A stretch of 64,000 nt of DNA from Bdellovibrionales bacterium (GTDB lineage: Bacteria; Bdellovibrionota; Bdellovibrionia; Bdellovibrionales; UBA1609). A program made the position numbers and the translations under genes. This document shows positions 41,679 through 52,354 of the stretch, one piece after another. The notes below the pieces were generated by a model. The model had not been told where the DNA came from, did not search any database, and saw only the letters and a list, made by a program, of their open reading frames with translations. How positions within the stretch are numbered: the stretch's first letter is position 1; the number at the start of each line of letters is the position of its first letter. Where the stretch lies: NCBI GenBank assembly GCA_965261545.1, contig CBDHDF010000010.1, positions 800,001 to 864,000 of the forward strand, read 5' to 3'.

Positions 41679-43424
41679 AAGAATAAAAAACCACGAACAC
41701 CTATGAGCTCTTGCAATATTCCATTAAGGCTTGTTGAGTGCCACTGCTCCATTTTCATTGTCGATGTAAAATCACGAAATGTCGTTTCTATTTCCCAACG
41801 ACGAGAGTAAAGAGCAACCATATCCTTCTTGTCCAAGGAGCCATGCGGAAGATTAGTGGCCAAAACAGAGAACTCCCCAGTCTTTGGGTTTTTATATTTA
41901 TAGAGATGAATGACCACCCCCTCAATAACCATTTGTGAATACCAACCTGGGCCATTAAATAAATTTACGATGGGGATAAAAGTAGAGCCTCGCTTACAAC
42001 GCGCAATAAAGAAGTTACTGGCTTGAGCATGGGCCTTAATAATCTCTGTAGATAAATAAAGCCTATCGTAGAGAGTTATGCTATTACTCTCAAAACTACC
42101 TATCATTTGAATAGCATTGGCGATTTCGTTGAGAGCGGGAGAATAGCAAAGATTCTTTGTCACACCCGATAAAACGTCATAAGCATGAGATAGATACATA
42201 CGTAAGAAATGAGTTTCCATCTCATTTGGGCAAGGGTACCCACAATAACCCTCCTTTAAAAGATCTTTAGAGCGAGGAAGTGCTAATTGGTCGCCATCTA
42301 TGGCATAGATATAAAAACCATGAAACGTTTTTCTCAATGGTTCGTAGTCTGTAATCAGAGATTCAAAGATATCTTTGAAAAATAGGTAAGAAATACTTTG
42401 ACGTATCTTGCTGAGACTGCTTTTGACTGGCATGAGAAGCAGGTCACCAAAATGAGTCCATACCGTCTTAAGAGCGATTTGGTAGCCTTCGTAATTTGTT
42501 CCTGAAATAAGATAGATAATGGTAAAAAAGAAAATTTGAGGATTAAATTTTCGATTCCTTTTTTGTTTTTCTGGATCGACAAGGTGCTCTGGCTTGAAGG
42601 AAGAATCAAGTTTTGGTAGAATAAAATGGTCATCTGTGACGCGAACTCGTCATTTGGGGGCTTTCGAGATCAATATTGGATTGCATGTGACTTACTCCTT
42701 GGTTGAGGGTTGGGTGTAAAATAAAACAAGTCTTATTCTTGTCGATTTATCTAATGATTTCAAGAGATTTTTCTTAAGGAAACGGCATTGGGTCATGGAC
42801 ACGATCACAAAACTGAAGCATGGATGGATCTTTCAAGGCAAACATTGCCACAGATGACATAATGGCATCGCTCAGAGGAATCCTATGGGGACGCTGCGAT
42901 CTTATATCTGGAACTGCAAGAGATTTACTGTGTAGCAGGGAATACATTCCTGAAGCGGATAGACCTTTTCTAAAATGTTGATGCGACATGACGAACCCTC
43001 CTTGGTCTGATGTGCAACAACAAATATTCAAACAGATACTTAGGCAAAAGTCTACGAACTCTTTTTGAGGCGAATCTTTTGGAAGCCACTACTGTGGCCT
43101 AAACTATTTTTCGACGGGAATTGCTGATTACATTATATCTAGATATCTACAAAATTCGAGCATAAGCTTTTTAACTCATACGGGGACTCTTGTCTTGTAT
43201 GTCATGTTACAAATAATAAGGAGCAAAAAAGATACCACATTCACTTTACGTGGTCTACTGAAATCATTCAGTAATTTGGGATAAGAAACTTCACTATAAC
43301 CTCTTGACTGTCTACTCTTTGTACAATTGGTTACGATAGGAATGCGAGTTGCCTAGCACGCCCCTTACAGATATGGACTTGCTCGTTAAAGCATCCGGCA
43401 GCCCTAGGGTCCACGAAAACACAT

Positions 43425-44117
43425 CTACCCAATGTATTTTTTGGTGGCCTCCAGGTATCTTTGGCAAGATTCGCAAGCTCCACAGAGGTGCTCTTGACCT
43501 TGGTAGCATGGCCAGAGAAGGTTCCATGGTATGCCTAGCTCTTGCCCCTTTTGTGCGATTGCTTTTTTATTCATGTCAACGGTGTAGCATTTCACCATAG
43601 CCCCATGGGATGTGGAAAAGGCAAGGGCTTTATTGAGAGCTGTTATGTAGTTTTGGGAATTATCTGGAAATGTCTGGGCTTCTTCTAAATTAAAGCCGGG
43701 GATAATATAGGTTGCTCCCAGGGCTTCTGCAAATGCTGCCGCAATGTTGATAAAAACCCCATTTCTGTTGGGAACCCAAACGAGGTTTTTGGATTTTTCA
43801 GAGGCTACGGGATCGTGGATATTGATATCCTCTCCCAAGGGAAGGGGCTTGGAGGTGTCCAAGAGGCAACTTCCCCCAAGGGGACGCAGCCATGGCAGTG
43901 AAATTACTTGGTGATCTAAGGATCGAAGAAGGCAAATTTGCTGGGCTCGCCCCACCTCTCTCAAAGCAGCCCTTTGGCCATAGTCAAAAGTTAAGACTTT
44001 TCTCACCGGGAGGCCCTCATCCAAAGCCCAGTAGAGGTTGACCGTGGAGTCCAGGCCCGCAGAGAGAAGCACAACAGCACTTGTTTCTTTTAAAGTCTCC
44101 TCCCTTGAAATCGTCAT
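43425..44117 (-). CDS. queC: 7-cyano-7-deazaguanine synthase
   Basis: LLSAGLDS, FDYGQR, VPNRN, FPDNS, CY...CGACESC. Confidence 0.95.
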   Translation of the reverse strand: MTISREETLKETSAVVLLSAGLDSTVNLYWALDEGLPVRKVLTFDYGQRAALREVGRAQQICLLRSLDHQVISLPWLRPLGGSCLLDTSKPLPLGEDINIHDPVASEKSKNLVWVPNRNGVFINIAAAFAEALGATYIIPGFNLEEAQTFPDNSQNYITALNKALAFSTSHGAMVKCYTVDMNKKAIAQKGQELGIPWNLLWPCYQGQEHLCGACESCQRYLEATKKYIG

Positions 44118-44190
44118 CTCAAGAATTGTAAATCAAGGCTTATAATGATTAAAGCTTTATTTACGCCTCTTTTGGAATTACAATGCACGG

Positions 44191-46338
44191 ATGGCTCCAA
44201 GGCATCGCAAGAGAAAAAAGAAGGTCCATGGCAAGAAGGGCTTGAATCATTCGCCTTTGGGCCAGCCCAGTCGTGATTTTCTCGATCGTGACTTAAGTCT
44301 ACTGTATTTTAACCAAAGGGTGCTGGAGCAAGCGGAAGATGAAAACCAGCCCCTTCTCGAAAGAGTTCGCTTTTTAAGTATTTTTCACTCCAATATCGAT
44401 GAATTTTTTATGAAGCGAGTGGGGGTGCCACGGCGTTCAGCCCTTTTTAGTGCTGCCGGTCACCGTCAGGATCGCATGGTTCTCATGCGCAACACTGTTT
44501 CTGAACTCTTTGCCAAAGCCGATCATTGTTTTAACGAGGCCCTCTCTGTGGAATTGAGAAAAGAGGGCATCTTTCTTTTGAAGTGGGAGGAGGTCACAGC
44601 TCAAGAAAAGAAAAAGGTCAACGATATTTTCGAAAAGCAGATTTTCCCTATTCTTACGCCCTTGGCTGTGGACTCAGCTCACCCCTTTCCTCATATTTCT
44701 AACTTATCCACATCTTTAGCTGTCTCCTTGAGAGGGACAAAAAAATCAGAACTCCTCTTTTCAAGGGTTAAAATCCCCAAAATTTTTCCCCCCTGGTATT
44801 CTGTGAATCAAGAAAAGAAGAGAAAGGGGGATGAGGTTCGACTTGTCAACCTCAACGATGTTATCCGCCATAATCTAGGCAAGTTGTTTCCCAATACACA
44901 CATAGAGGCAACGATGTTATTTCGGGTGATAAGAAATATCAACCTCGAAAGAGATGAAGAGATTTTTGACGATTTCTTAGAAATGATGGAAGAGGAACTT
45001 AAGCAGCGAAGATTTGGAGAAGTTGTCAAGCTTGAGATTGAAAGCAAAGTGGATAGCTGGCTCCTACAAAAGCTTATGGGTCAGTTGGAATTATCTCCAA
45101 GTGATGTCTACCAAACACAAGGTCTTATAGATTACAGCAAACTTAACACGATTGCAAATCTCGACATCCCCCATTTAAAATATTCTAGTTGGAGCCCTAT
45201 GCAACTTACTGAATTTCCTGAAAATGGCTCCAATATTTTTGATGTGATTTCTCAGAAAGATATTTTGGTTCATCACCCCTATGAGAGTTTTTCTGGAAGT
45301 GTGGAACGGTTTATTCAATCGGCTTCAGAAGACCCCAATGTGCGTGCCATTAAAATTACTCTTTATCGAACTCATGAAAAGGGGGCTATTGTTCCTGCGT
45401 TGATCCAGGCCGCAGAAATGGGAAAAGAAGTTGTGTGTCTTATTGAACTCAAGGCTCGCTTTGACGAGGAGAGAAATATCTATTGGGCCAACCGCATGGA
45501 GGGAGCCGGCATTCATGTGGTGTATGGGTTTCAAGGTTTAAAAATTCACAGTAAACTTCTTCTCGTTGTGCGGCAAGAGGGTGAAGAAATAAAAACTTAT
45601 CTCCATGTTGGAACGGGAAATTATCATAGTCAAACGGCAAAACTTTACACAGACATGGGTCTTTTTACAAGCCACCCACACATCACAGCTGAGGTTGTGG
45701 ATTTATTTAACTTTCTCACGGGTCTATCTCGCAAGAGTAGCTACAAGCACCTTCTTGTTTCCCCTATTAACATGAAAGAAAGGTTTCTTGAACTCATTGA
45801 TGGAGAGATTCAGAATGCTCGGCAGAATAAGCCGTCGCATATTATTGCTAAATGCAATAGCCTCGAAGACCATGGAGTCATTAAAAAGTTATATGAGGCT
45901 TCATCAGAGGGAGTACAAATTGATCTTATTGTTCGCGGTATTTGTACGCTCAAACCTAAAGTCAATAGTTTGAGTGAAAAGATTCGAGTGATATCTGTGG
46001 TGGATCGCTTCCTTGAACATTCGAGGATATTTTACTTTCGCAATGGTCAGAGCCGACCTGAAGATGGGATCTTTTATATTGGCTCTGCGGACTGGATGCA
46101 TCGCAATTTCGTAGGACGAGTGGAGGTGGCTTGCCCCATTTACGATGCCTCTATCAAAGAGGGTATTTACCAAGTGTTGGTTTTAATTCTTCAGGAGGAT
46201 GTCCAGACTTGGGAGCTTCAATCCGATGGGAGTTACAAACGCTTCTCCCTTTCAAAGGCTTCAAAGGCAAAACCAATGAGTTCCCAAGCTAAGCTTATGA
46301 AAAGAGCGAGTCAACATTTGGGAAGGAAGCCAATATAA
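44191..46338 (+). CDS. ppk1: Polyphosphate kinase 1
   Basis: FNQRVL, LERVRFL, DEFFMKRV, HPFP, HHPYESF, ELKARFDEE, GTGNY, RFLEHSR, GSADWM. Confidence 0.97.
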   Translation: MAPRHRKRKKKVHGKKGLNHSPLGQPSRDFLDRDLSLLYFNQRVLEQAEDENQPLLERVRFLSIFHSNIDEFFMKRVGVPRRSALFSAAGHRQDRMVLMRNTVSELFAKADHCFNEALSVELRKEGIFLLKWEEVTAQEKKKVNDIFEKQIFPILTPLAVDSAHPFPHISNLSTSLAVSLRGTKKSELLFSRVKIPKIFPPWYSVNQEKKRKGDEVRLVNLNDVIRHNLGKLFPNTHIEATMLFRVIRNINLERDEEIFDDFLEMMEEELKQRRFGEVVKLEIESKVDSWLLQKLMGQLELSPSDVYQTQGLIDYSKLNTIANLDIPHLKYSSWSPMQLTEFPENGSNIFDVISQKDILVHHPYESFSGSVERFIQSASEDPNVRAIKITLYRTHEKGAIVPALIQAAEMGKEVVCLIELKARFDEERNIYWANRMEGAGIHVVYGFQGLKIHSKLLLVVRQEGEEIKTYLHVGTGNYHSQTAKLYTDMGLFTSHPHITAEVVDLFNFLTGLSRKSSYKHLLVSPINMKERFLELIDGEIQNARQNKPSHIIAKCNSLEDHGVIKKLYEASSEGVQIDLIVRGICTLKPKVNSLSEKIRVISVVDRFLEHSRIFYFRNGQSRPEDGIFYIGSADWMHRNFVGRVEVACPIYDASIKEGIYQVLVLILQEDVQTWELQSDGSYKRFSLSKASKAKPMSSQAKLMKRASQHLGRKPI

Positions 46339-46340
46339 AT

Positions 46341-46874
46341 ATGAAGCTCCTTATCATTCGCCATGGCAAAGCTGAAGATCGAGAGGTTTACCACCGGGTT
46401 TCCCATGAGAGGTCGGATCACCTCCGCCCCCTTACAAAGGAGGGAAAAAAGCAGTGGGCTGAGGTCAGTCAATGGCTTCAAGGACAAGTCAGCAAAATTG
46501 ATGAGATTTGGACAAGCCCCCTTGTGCGAGCTCAAGAGACAACGCAGATTCTCCAAAAATACTATCCTAAGGCTAGCGTTTATGCAAAACAAGAGCTTGA
46601 GCCTCAAAATCCACCAGAAAAAATTCTTCAAGTTCTAGATAAGTTTTTATGGGGAGAAAATACAACACTCCAAGAATCTCTCCCCTGTGTGGCTATTGTG
46701 GGACATGAGCCACATTTAAGCCAAACTCTTTGCGAATTGATATCAACTCCCTTTCAGGGGAACATAGGTTTTAAAAAAGCTGGAATAGCTATGGTGAACT
46801 TTTCAGGTCACCATGGGAAAGGGCAAAGTGAACTGAAGTGGCTTGTAACTCCAAAACTAGTGTTGAAAAAGTAA
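46341..46874 (+). CDS. sixA: SixA-like histidine phosphatase
   Basis: IRHGKAE, RPLT, SPLVRAQET, VGHEP. Confidence 0.88.
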   Translation: MKLLIIRHGKAEDREVYHRVSHERSDHLRPLTKEGKKQWAEVSQWLQGQVSKIDEIWTSPLVRAQETTQILQKYYPKASVYAKQELEPQNPPEKILQVLDKFLWGENTTLQESLPCVAIVGHEPHLSQTLCELISTPFQGNIGFKKAGIAMVNFSGHHGKGQSELKWLVTPKLVLKK

Positions 46875-47842
46875 GTTCCTTTTCTCTTCGTGTAGGTGTG
46901 GTTGATATTGGGTCCAATGCTATCCGACTCATTATTGGGGATATCAATGCTCGCGGAGGAATTGTCACTGTTCTCAAAAGAAGGGAGGCTGTTCGTTTAG
47001 GAGAAAGCGTTTTCCGTTCTCAACGATTGTCCGATGAGTGTATGGATCGTGCGGTTGCCAGTATTTCGCAATTTGCAGAATATTTCAGAGAGTTTCAAGT
47101 GGATAAAATTCGGGCCGTCGCCACCAGCGCTGTGCGCAATGCCATGAATAAAGATGAGTTTATCTCTAGGGTTTTTCAAGAAACAGGTGTTTCCATTGAT
47201 GTCATTGATGGCCACCAAGAGTCTAAATTTATACTTAGATCTGTTCGTGAGGTTATAGGTCCCAAAGACCTTTTGATTATGGATATTGGAGGGGGAAGTG
47301 TTGAGTTTATACTAAGCACTCAAGAAAAGGAGTTCGTGGCGATCTCCCTCCCCCTTGGAACCGTGAGAATGATTGAGGATATGAAGGATCAGCAGGCAGA
47401 CTCCAACCAGTCTTTTCGAGATGCCCTTGAGAAAAAATATGAAGATTCTCTTCTCTGCTTGAACTCCTTTTTGGCTTCAGCCTCACTCCAGCTCACGCTG
47501 GTGGGAACGGGAGGAAACTTAGAGTGTCTTGGCCAACTTAGAAAACAGGTCTTTCAAAGAAAATCTCATACAAAAGTTAAGAGTCACGAAATAGACCTCC
47601 TTGTTGAAGAGCTTTTTGCTTTGACTTTTAGGGAAAGGCGACAGCAATTTTATTTAAGAGAGGATCGAAGTGATGTCATTTTGCCTGCAAGCCTACTCAC
47701 ACAGAAGGTCTTGCAGGTGGCGAATTCAAAGAAAATTTTTGTTCCAGGAGTGGGTCTTCGAGAGGGCCTTCTTCTTTCTATGAGGCCCCATGGATGGGGC
47801 CTCACCACAGAAGGTGGTAAATTTGAGACTTGTTTGTTGTAA
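46838..47842 (+). CDS. ppx: Exopolyphosphatase, Ppx/GppA family (start uncertain)
   Basis: VDIGSNAIR, VRLG, ATSAVR, DIGGGSVE, RSDVI, GLREG. Confidence 0.92.
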   Translation: MACNSKTSVEKVSSFSLRVGVVDIGSNAIRLIIGDINARGGIVTVLKRREAVRLGESVFRSQRLSDECMDRAVASISQFAEYFREFQVDKIRAVATSAVRNAMNKDEFISRVFQETGVSIDVIDGHQESKFILRSVREVIGPKDLLIMDIGGGSVEFILSTQEKEFVAISLPLGTVRMIEDMKDQQADSNQSFRDALEKKYEDSLLCLNSFLASASLQLTLVGTGGNLECLGQLRKQVFQRKSHTKVKSHEIDLLVEELFALTFRERRQQFYLREDRSDVILPASLLTQKVLQVANSKKIFVPGVGLREGLLLSMRPHGWGLTTEGGKFETCLL

Positions 47843-48087
47843 CGAGAATTAAATACTTGAATCCGTCAAAAAAATTAAGTCAATTTTCTTCATAGTGGTC
47901 TCTTTAATTGGTCCTAGAAATCGAACTATTTTGAAACAAAATATCTCAAGTTACTGAAATAACATGTGAAAAATGAGTGAAAATTGTCAACTTTCTACTC
48001 AAGTGATCAGGACCTTAGTCCGATGTGCAAAACATGTGGCAAGAGATTCGCTGCTAGGACTCACTCGGACAACTATCATATGAGGAA

Positions 48088-48462
48088 CAGCAATTCCCGT
48101 CGAAAAATAGTTTAGGCCACAGTAGTGGCTTCCAAAAGATTCGCCTCAAAAAGAGTTCGTAGAATTTTGCCTAAGTATCTGTTTGAATATTTGTTGTTGC
48201 ACATCAGACCAAGGAGGGTTCGTCATGTCGCATCAACATTTTAGAAAAGGTCTATCCGCTTCAGGAATGTATTCCCTGTTACACAGTAAATCTCTTGCAG
48301 TTCCAGATATAAGATCGCAGCGTCCCCATAGGATTCCTCTGAGCGATGCCATTATGTCATCTGTGGCAATGTTTGCCTTGAAAGATCCATCCATGCTTCA
48401 GTTTTGTGATCGTGTCCATGACCCAGTGGCAAAAAACAACCTACACCATTTGTTTCAAATAG
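48088..48462 (+). mobile_element. IS-C 5' fragment
   Basis: Left IR plus transposase N-terminus, cut by the IS-E end. Confidence 0.9.
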
Positions 48463-48909
48463 CGCATTGACTCACAATAAAGGTAACTTTGCTCGGTGCG
48501 ATATTTTTAGGAAATCACCGAATGACTCATAAATATCTTACCCTAGACTGGTTGTTGTACCAAAACGACACATTAAGGGGGAATTATGAGCCACTCGGCA
48601 AAAAAGCAATATTTAATGGCTATTCTTGAGCGCTACCAAAAATCGTCCAAAAGCGAGAAAAAAATTATTTTAACTGAGTTTTGTACTATTTGTGGTTATA
48701 ACCGGAAATATGCCATAAGGCTACTGAATGGCCAGAAATTCCCGCCGAGCTTGAAAAAACATTGAAATTCCTCCAAATCTCAGTGTGAGAATTGCACTGC
48801 ATCGAATAAGGTAAACCTCCCCGTCTTCGCCATTTAGAGGCGAATATCCAGACTTTAGTTTAGGGCAAATACGTTAAACTCTTTGGGGCACTTTGAGAGA
48901 AATGGCTGC

Positions 48910-50238
48910 TCATGATGTGTCGAAAACATCTGAGGCAGCAATAGGCTTAATCCCATAAGCCATTATGGCGAGGAGTTCCTGCCAATTTTTAAAGTATAGG
49001 GTATGGAAATACCCCCTCATATGATCCCATAGATAAGATAGTCTCCTCTCTTTTTCTACCGCCTTTTGAAACAATTTACAGGCCAAATGTTGAAGTTGGT
49101 CCACTAAAAATACCAGCATCATAATCACGGCTAAATTGTTACACAAATTTTGCTTGCCGTGGCCAAAATTGTGCTCAAAGTTGTAACCCAAATTCTTTAA
49201 CGTATTAAATGTTTCATTTTCTATCTTCCAGCGTGCTCTTCCCCCCCTCATTATTTGCATTATGTTGTCTTCGTTGATCTCAATGTCAGTCACCCAGCTA
49301 AAGTGCTGAACCTTACCGTTTGCTTTCGTTTCTTTGTATTCAATAAAATTCACTCGACAATCAGGATTTGAATCATTGAGTGAAACATCATTTATGAATC
49401 GAAATTCATGTGTCACTCCATTCTCTACCACGGTGAAGTGAGAAACTGTTCCTAAGCTATCTGCTCCATTTACAAACTCAAATAAAACTTTGTGGTCTCC
49501 CATCTTACAGCCTAAAATATAACTTAATTTTAATTCGTTAAGAAGAGTGATGTGAGGAGCATTGGAAGCCAATCCATCCTCAATAACAATCACTGGAAGG
49601 TGAGGGTGTTCCCTGCGAAAATCTTCAAGGAGTCGTTTGGCTGCATTACGCTCACAATCATTTTTGCTCGATCCATCTGTGTTTGAAATGGGCTCTGGAG
49701 CAATAGGTATAACCTGTTTCTTATCGGGGTGAACAATCACTCCTGCTAACATTTGATGATAGTAGGTCTTCGTCTCATCACGATGATTCTTTATACAACA
49801 ATTCTCACAATGAATAGTCGAGGAGCTAAAGGCGCCTGTTCCATCAATGCTGAGAAGATATTTTCCACCCAAATATGGGTAACCCTCCAAAACCTTCCCT
49901 CTTTGAGCTACGGTAAACAAAGATTTAAAAAAATTTTGAAACTCACGGGTTGGAACAGGATCTAAAATCTCTCGCATAGCCGTATCACTAGGAATTTGGC
50001 CTATTTGAAACAAATGGTGTAGGTTGTTTTTTGCCACTGGGTCATGGACACGATCACAAAACTGAAGCATGGATGGATCTTTCAAGGCAAACATTGCCAC
50101 AGATGACATAATGGCATCGCTCAGAGGAATCCTATGGGGACGCTGCGATCTTATATCTGGAACTGCAAGAGATTTACTGTGTAACAGGGAATACATTCCT
50201 GAAGCGGATAGACCTTTTCTAAAATGTTGATGCGACAT
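48910..50238 (-). CDS. ISNCY-type DDE transposase, intact (~442 aa)
   Basis: SIDGTG, HCENC, KNDCERNAAKR, EDGL, GRARWKIENETFNTLK, HNFGHG. Confidence 0.9.
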   Translation of the reverse strand: MSHQHFRKGLSASGMYSLLHSKSLAVPDIRSQRPHRIPLSDAIMSSVAMFALKDPSMLQFCDRVHDPVAKNNLHHLFQIGQIPSDTAMREILDPVPTREFQNFFKSLFTVAQRGKVLEGYPYLGGKYLLSIDGTGAFSSSTIHCENCCIKNHRDETKTYYHQMLAGVIVHPDKKQVIPIAPEPISNTDGSSKNDCERNAAKRLLEDFRREHPHLPVIVIEDGLASNAPHITLLNELKLSYILGCKMGDHKVLFEFVNGADSLGTVSHFTVVENGVTHEFRFINDVSLNDSNPDCRVNFIEYKETKANGKVQHFSWVTDIEINEDNIMQIMRGGRARWKIENETFNTLKNLGYNFEHNFGHGKQNLCNNLAVIMMLVFLVDQLQHLACKLFQKAVEKERRLSYLWDHMRGYFHTLYFKNWQELLAIMAYGIKPIAASDVFDTS

Positions 50239-50387
50239 GACGAACCCTCCTTGGTCTGATGTGCAACAACAAATATTCAAACAGATACTTAGGCAAAAGT
50301 CTACGAACTTTTTGGAGCCTGTAAACTATTTTGTGTAACTGCCGAATCATATTAGGATGAACTATCATCCTGAAAGGAGAAGGCAAA

Positions 50388-51590
50388 ATGGATATCAAGA
50401 CAATAGGCAAGGAACTAGCGAAGAACGTCAAGACCCAAAAGGATTTATCCGACATAACGGGTCAACTGATGAAGGTTGTTTTAGAGACAGCTCTTAATGC
50501 GGAAATGGACGATCACCTAGGTTATGAGAGGCATGAGAAGTCTGAGACCCGCAAATCCAACACTCGCAATGGTTACAGTAGAAAGACCATAAAGGGAGAG
50601 AAAGGCGAGGTGGAGCTTCAGGTCCCCCGTGACCGAAGTGCCTCCTTTGAGCCCCAAGTCATTCCCAAAGGCAAGACTCGTCTTGAGGGCTTTGAAGACA
50701 GTATTCTGACCCTCTATGCGAGGGGAATGACGACCAGGGATATTCAAGGAGCTATCAAAGACCTCTACCATGGTGCAGAGATATCCCACTCAGTGATAGC
50801 CAACGTGACGGATGCTGTTATTGATGAAGTTACGGCTTGGCAGAACCGCCCCTTGGATAGCACTTACCCTATCGTATTTTTGGACTGTATCGTGGTGAAG
50901 GTCCATCAAGACAAGAGAGTTATTAATAAGGCGATTTACCTAGCTCTTGGTATTACAGAGGAGGGTCAGAAAGACTTGTTGGGCCTATGGATTTCTGAAA
51001 ATGAGGGTTCAAAGTTTTGGTTGAGTGTTTTGACTGAGCTGCAAAATCGAGGGTTGAAAGACGTATTTATATTTTCTGTAGATGGTCTTACAGGTTTTCC
51101 TCAAGCCATTTCAGCGGCTTTTCCCAAGTCTAAAGTACAACTGTGCATTGTCCATATGGTCCGCAATTCCCTTCGCTATGTTCCTTCCAAGGATATGAAA
51201 GCTGTCGCCCAAGACCTCAAGTCCATTTATGGCTCTACGACTCTGACAGAAGCTGAAAAGGCCCTTGAGGAATTTTGTACCAAGTGGTCTTCAAAGTATC
51301 CGAATATTGAAAAGTCTTGGCGTAGGAATTGGGACAATCTCATCACTATTTTCGATTATCCGGATGAAATCAGAAAGATTTTTTATACCACAAACGCCAT
51401 AGAGTCGTTAAATAGCGTGATCCGCAAGGCGATCAGAAATCGTAAGATATTTCCCAGTGATCGGTCGGCTTTAAAAGTTGTATATTTAGCGATAAAAATG
51501 GCCTCTAAGCGATGGACACGACCATTACACAACTGGAAGCCAGCCATGAACAGGTTTGCCATTGAATACGGTGACCGTTTTGACAACTAA
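50388..51590 (+). CDS. IS256 transposase, 400 aa
   Basis: Mutator-type motifs as in copy 1. Confidence 0.95.
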   Translation: MDIKTIGKELAKNVKTQKDLSDITGQLMKVVLETALNAEMDDHLGYERHEKSETRKSNTRNGYSRKTIKGEKGEVELQVPRDRSASFEPQVIPKGKTRLEGFEDSILTLYARGMTTRDIQGAIKDLYHGAEISHSVIANVTDAVIDEVTAWQNRPLDSTYPIVFLDCIVVKVHQDKRVINKAIYLALGITEEGQKDLLGLWISENEGSKFWLSVLTELQNRGLKDVFIFSVDGLTGFPQAISAAFPKSKVQLCIVHMVRNSLRYVPSKDMKAVAQDLKSIYGSTTLTEAEKALEEFCTKWSSKYPNIEKSWRRNWDNLITIFDYPDEIRKIFYTTNAIESLNSVIRKAIRNRKIFPSDRSALKVVYLAIKMASKRWTRPLHNWKPAMNRFAIEYGDRFDN

Positions 51591-51684
51591 GTTTTTTAAT
51601 AAGGTCCACCACCTGCCTTATAAGGGGGCTTAAAAGCCCCTCTAAGGCGTTGACAGAAGTACTGGAATACCGAGACTATGGTTA

Positions 51685-51750
51685 GGGTAATATAGTATGG
51701 GAACCTAAATACATGCCCTCTTGGTGCAGATTTGGGTTCCCATTTTTTTT
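51685..51750 (+). terminator. Hairpin plus U-tract in the IS256 3' arm
   Basis: ATGGGAACCTAAAT...ATTTGGGTTCCCAT followed by a T run; diverged second copy at 51813-51877. Confidence 0.6.
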
Positions 51751-51769
51751 CATATTTCATCCCAATTCT

Positions 51770-51950
51770 GGTATTTCTCGAATATCCTAAGTTAAAAAAA
51801 ATAAAAAAAAGGGGGTAATATAGTATGGGAACCTAAACACATGAACCCTTTGATGAGATTGGAATTTCCATTTTTTTGAGAGAGCCATTGCTGATTTTTT
51901 TTCAACCAAGATGATAATTATTTATTTGAGTTCTTTCCAGTTCTGATATG
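51770..51950 (+). repeat. ~175-bp non-coding module shared by the IS256 and IS-E 3' arms
   Basis: Closely matches the reverse complement of 33084-33254. Confidence 0.85.
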
Positions 51951-52354
51951 ATCCCATTACGGCTCCATAATACAATCAAAAGTCCAGAGTAACTAAAGAG
52001 GCCAATTATATAGACCAGCGAAGATGTCCACCTCCCCATTAACTTATAATGCATTGTGACTGACAAAATCGCTTGAAGGAAAAAATGTCAATTATACATT
52101 GACGAATAATATGGGACTGTGCTTTTTACCAGGAGTGGAGCCACATAAGTGGCTTTAAGATTTAAGAAAAAAATTGCAGTTACACAATTATTTTTACAGT
52201 CCCTCTTTTTGAGGCGAATCTTTTGGAAGCCACTACTGTGGCCTAAACTATTTTTCGACGGGAATTGCTGCTGAATGGCCAACTTACCCTTCCCATAGCA
52301 AAACGAGGTAGAAAGCCTAAGTACACCCAAGAGACACTAGGTCACCTTAGGACC

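Larger units (their letters stand above)
39689..41705 (+). mobile_element. IS4-B copy 3 (2017 bp, no MITE)
   Basis: IRs; 10-bp TSD AGCTCTTGCA. Confidence 0.96.
39347..42790 (-). mobile_element. IS4-A copy 5 (interrupted by IS4-B)
   Basis: IRs; 10-bp TSD GGTCATGGAC. Confidence 0.95.
38030..43126 (-). mobile_element. IS-C copy containing nested IS4-A and IS4-B
   Basis: IR CAG(A/C)AATTCCCG(C/T)CGA; 9-bp TSD ATTACATTA; transposase split at 39347-42790. Confidence 0.95.
50315..52203 (+). mobile_element. IS256 intact, intron-free copy with a long 3' non-coding arm
   Basis: IRs GAGCCTGTAAACTATTTTGTGTAACTGC and GCAGTTACACAATTATTTTTACAGTCCC; degenerate TSD CTTTTTG. Confidence 0.93.
48733..52270 (-). 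mobile_element. IS-C copy with IS256 inserted in its 5' non-coding region
   Basis: IRs; 9-bp TSD CTGAATGGC. Confidence 0.95.
48463..52354 (+). mobile_element. IS-E 5' remnant (transposase start 48586), interrupted by IS-C and truncated by IS4-A
   Basis: CGCATTGACTCA end; MSHSAKKQYLMAILERYQKSSKSEKKIILTEFCTICGYNRKYAIRLLNG|QLTLPIAKRGRKPKY. Confidence 0.82.

Noticed and set aside
38030..48462. Composite transposon carrying queC-ppk1-sixA-ppx between inverted IS-C copies
   Set aside because: The left IS-C has its own 9-bp TSD, so it is a simple insertion into contiguous backbone
51590..51685. Many small indels between the two IS256 3' regions (versus 7057-7137)
   Set aside because: Clustered indels beside near-identical coding DNA could be local consensus error; cannot be interpreted without reads
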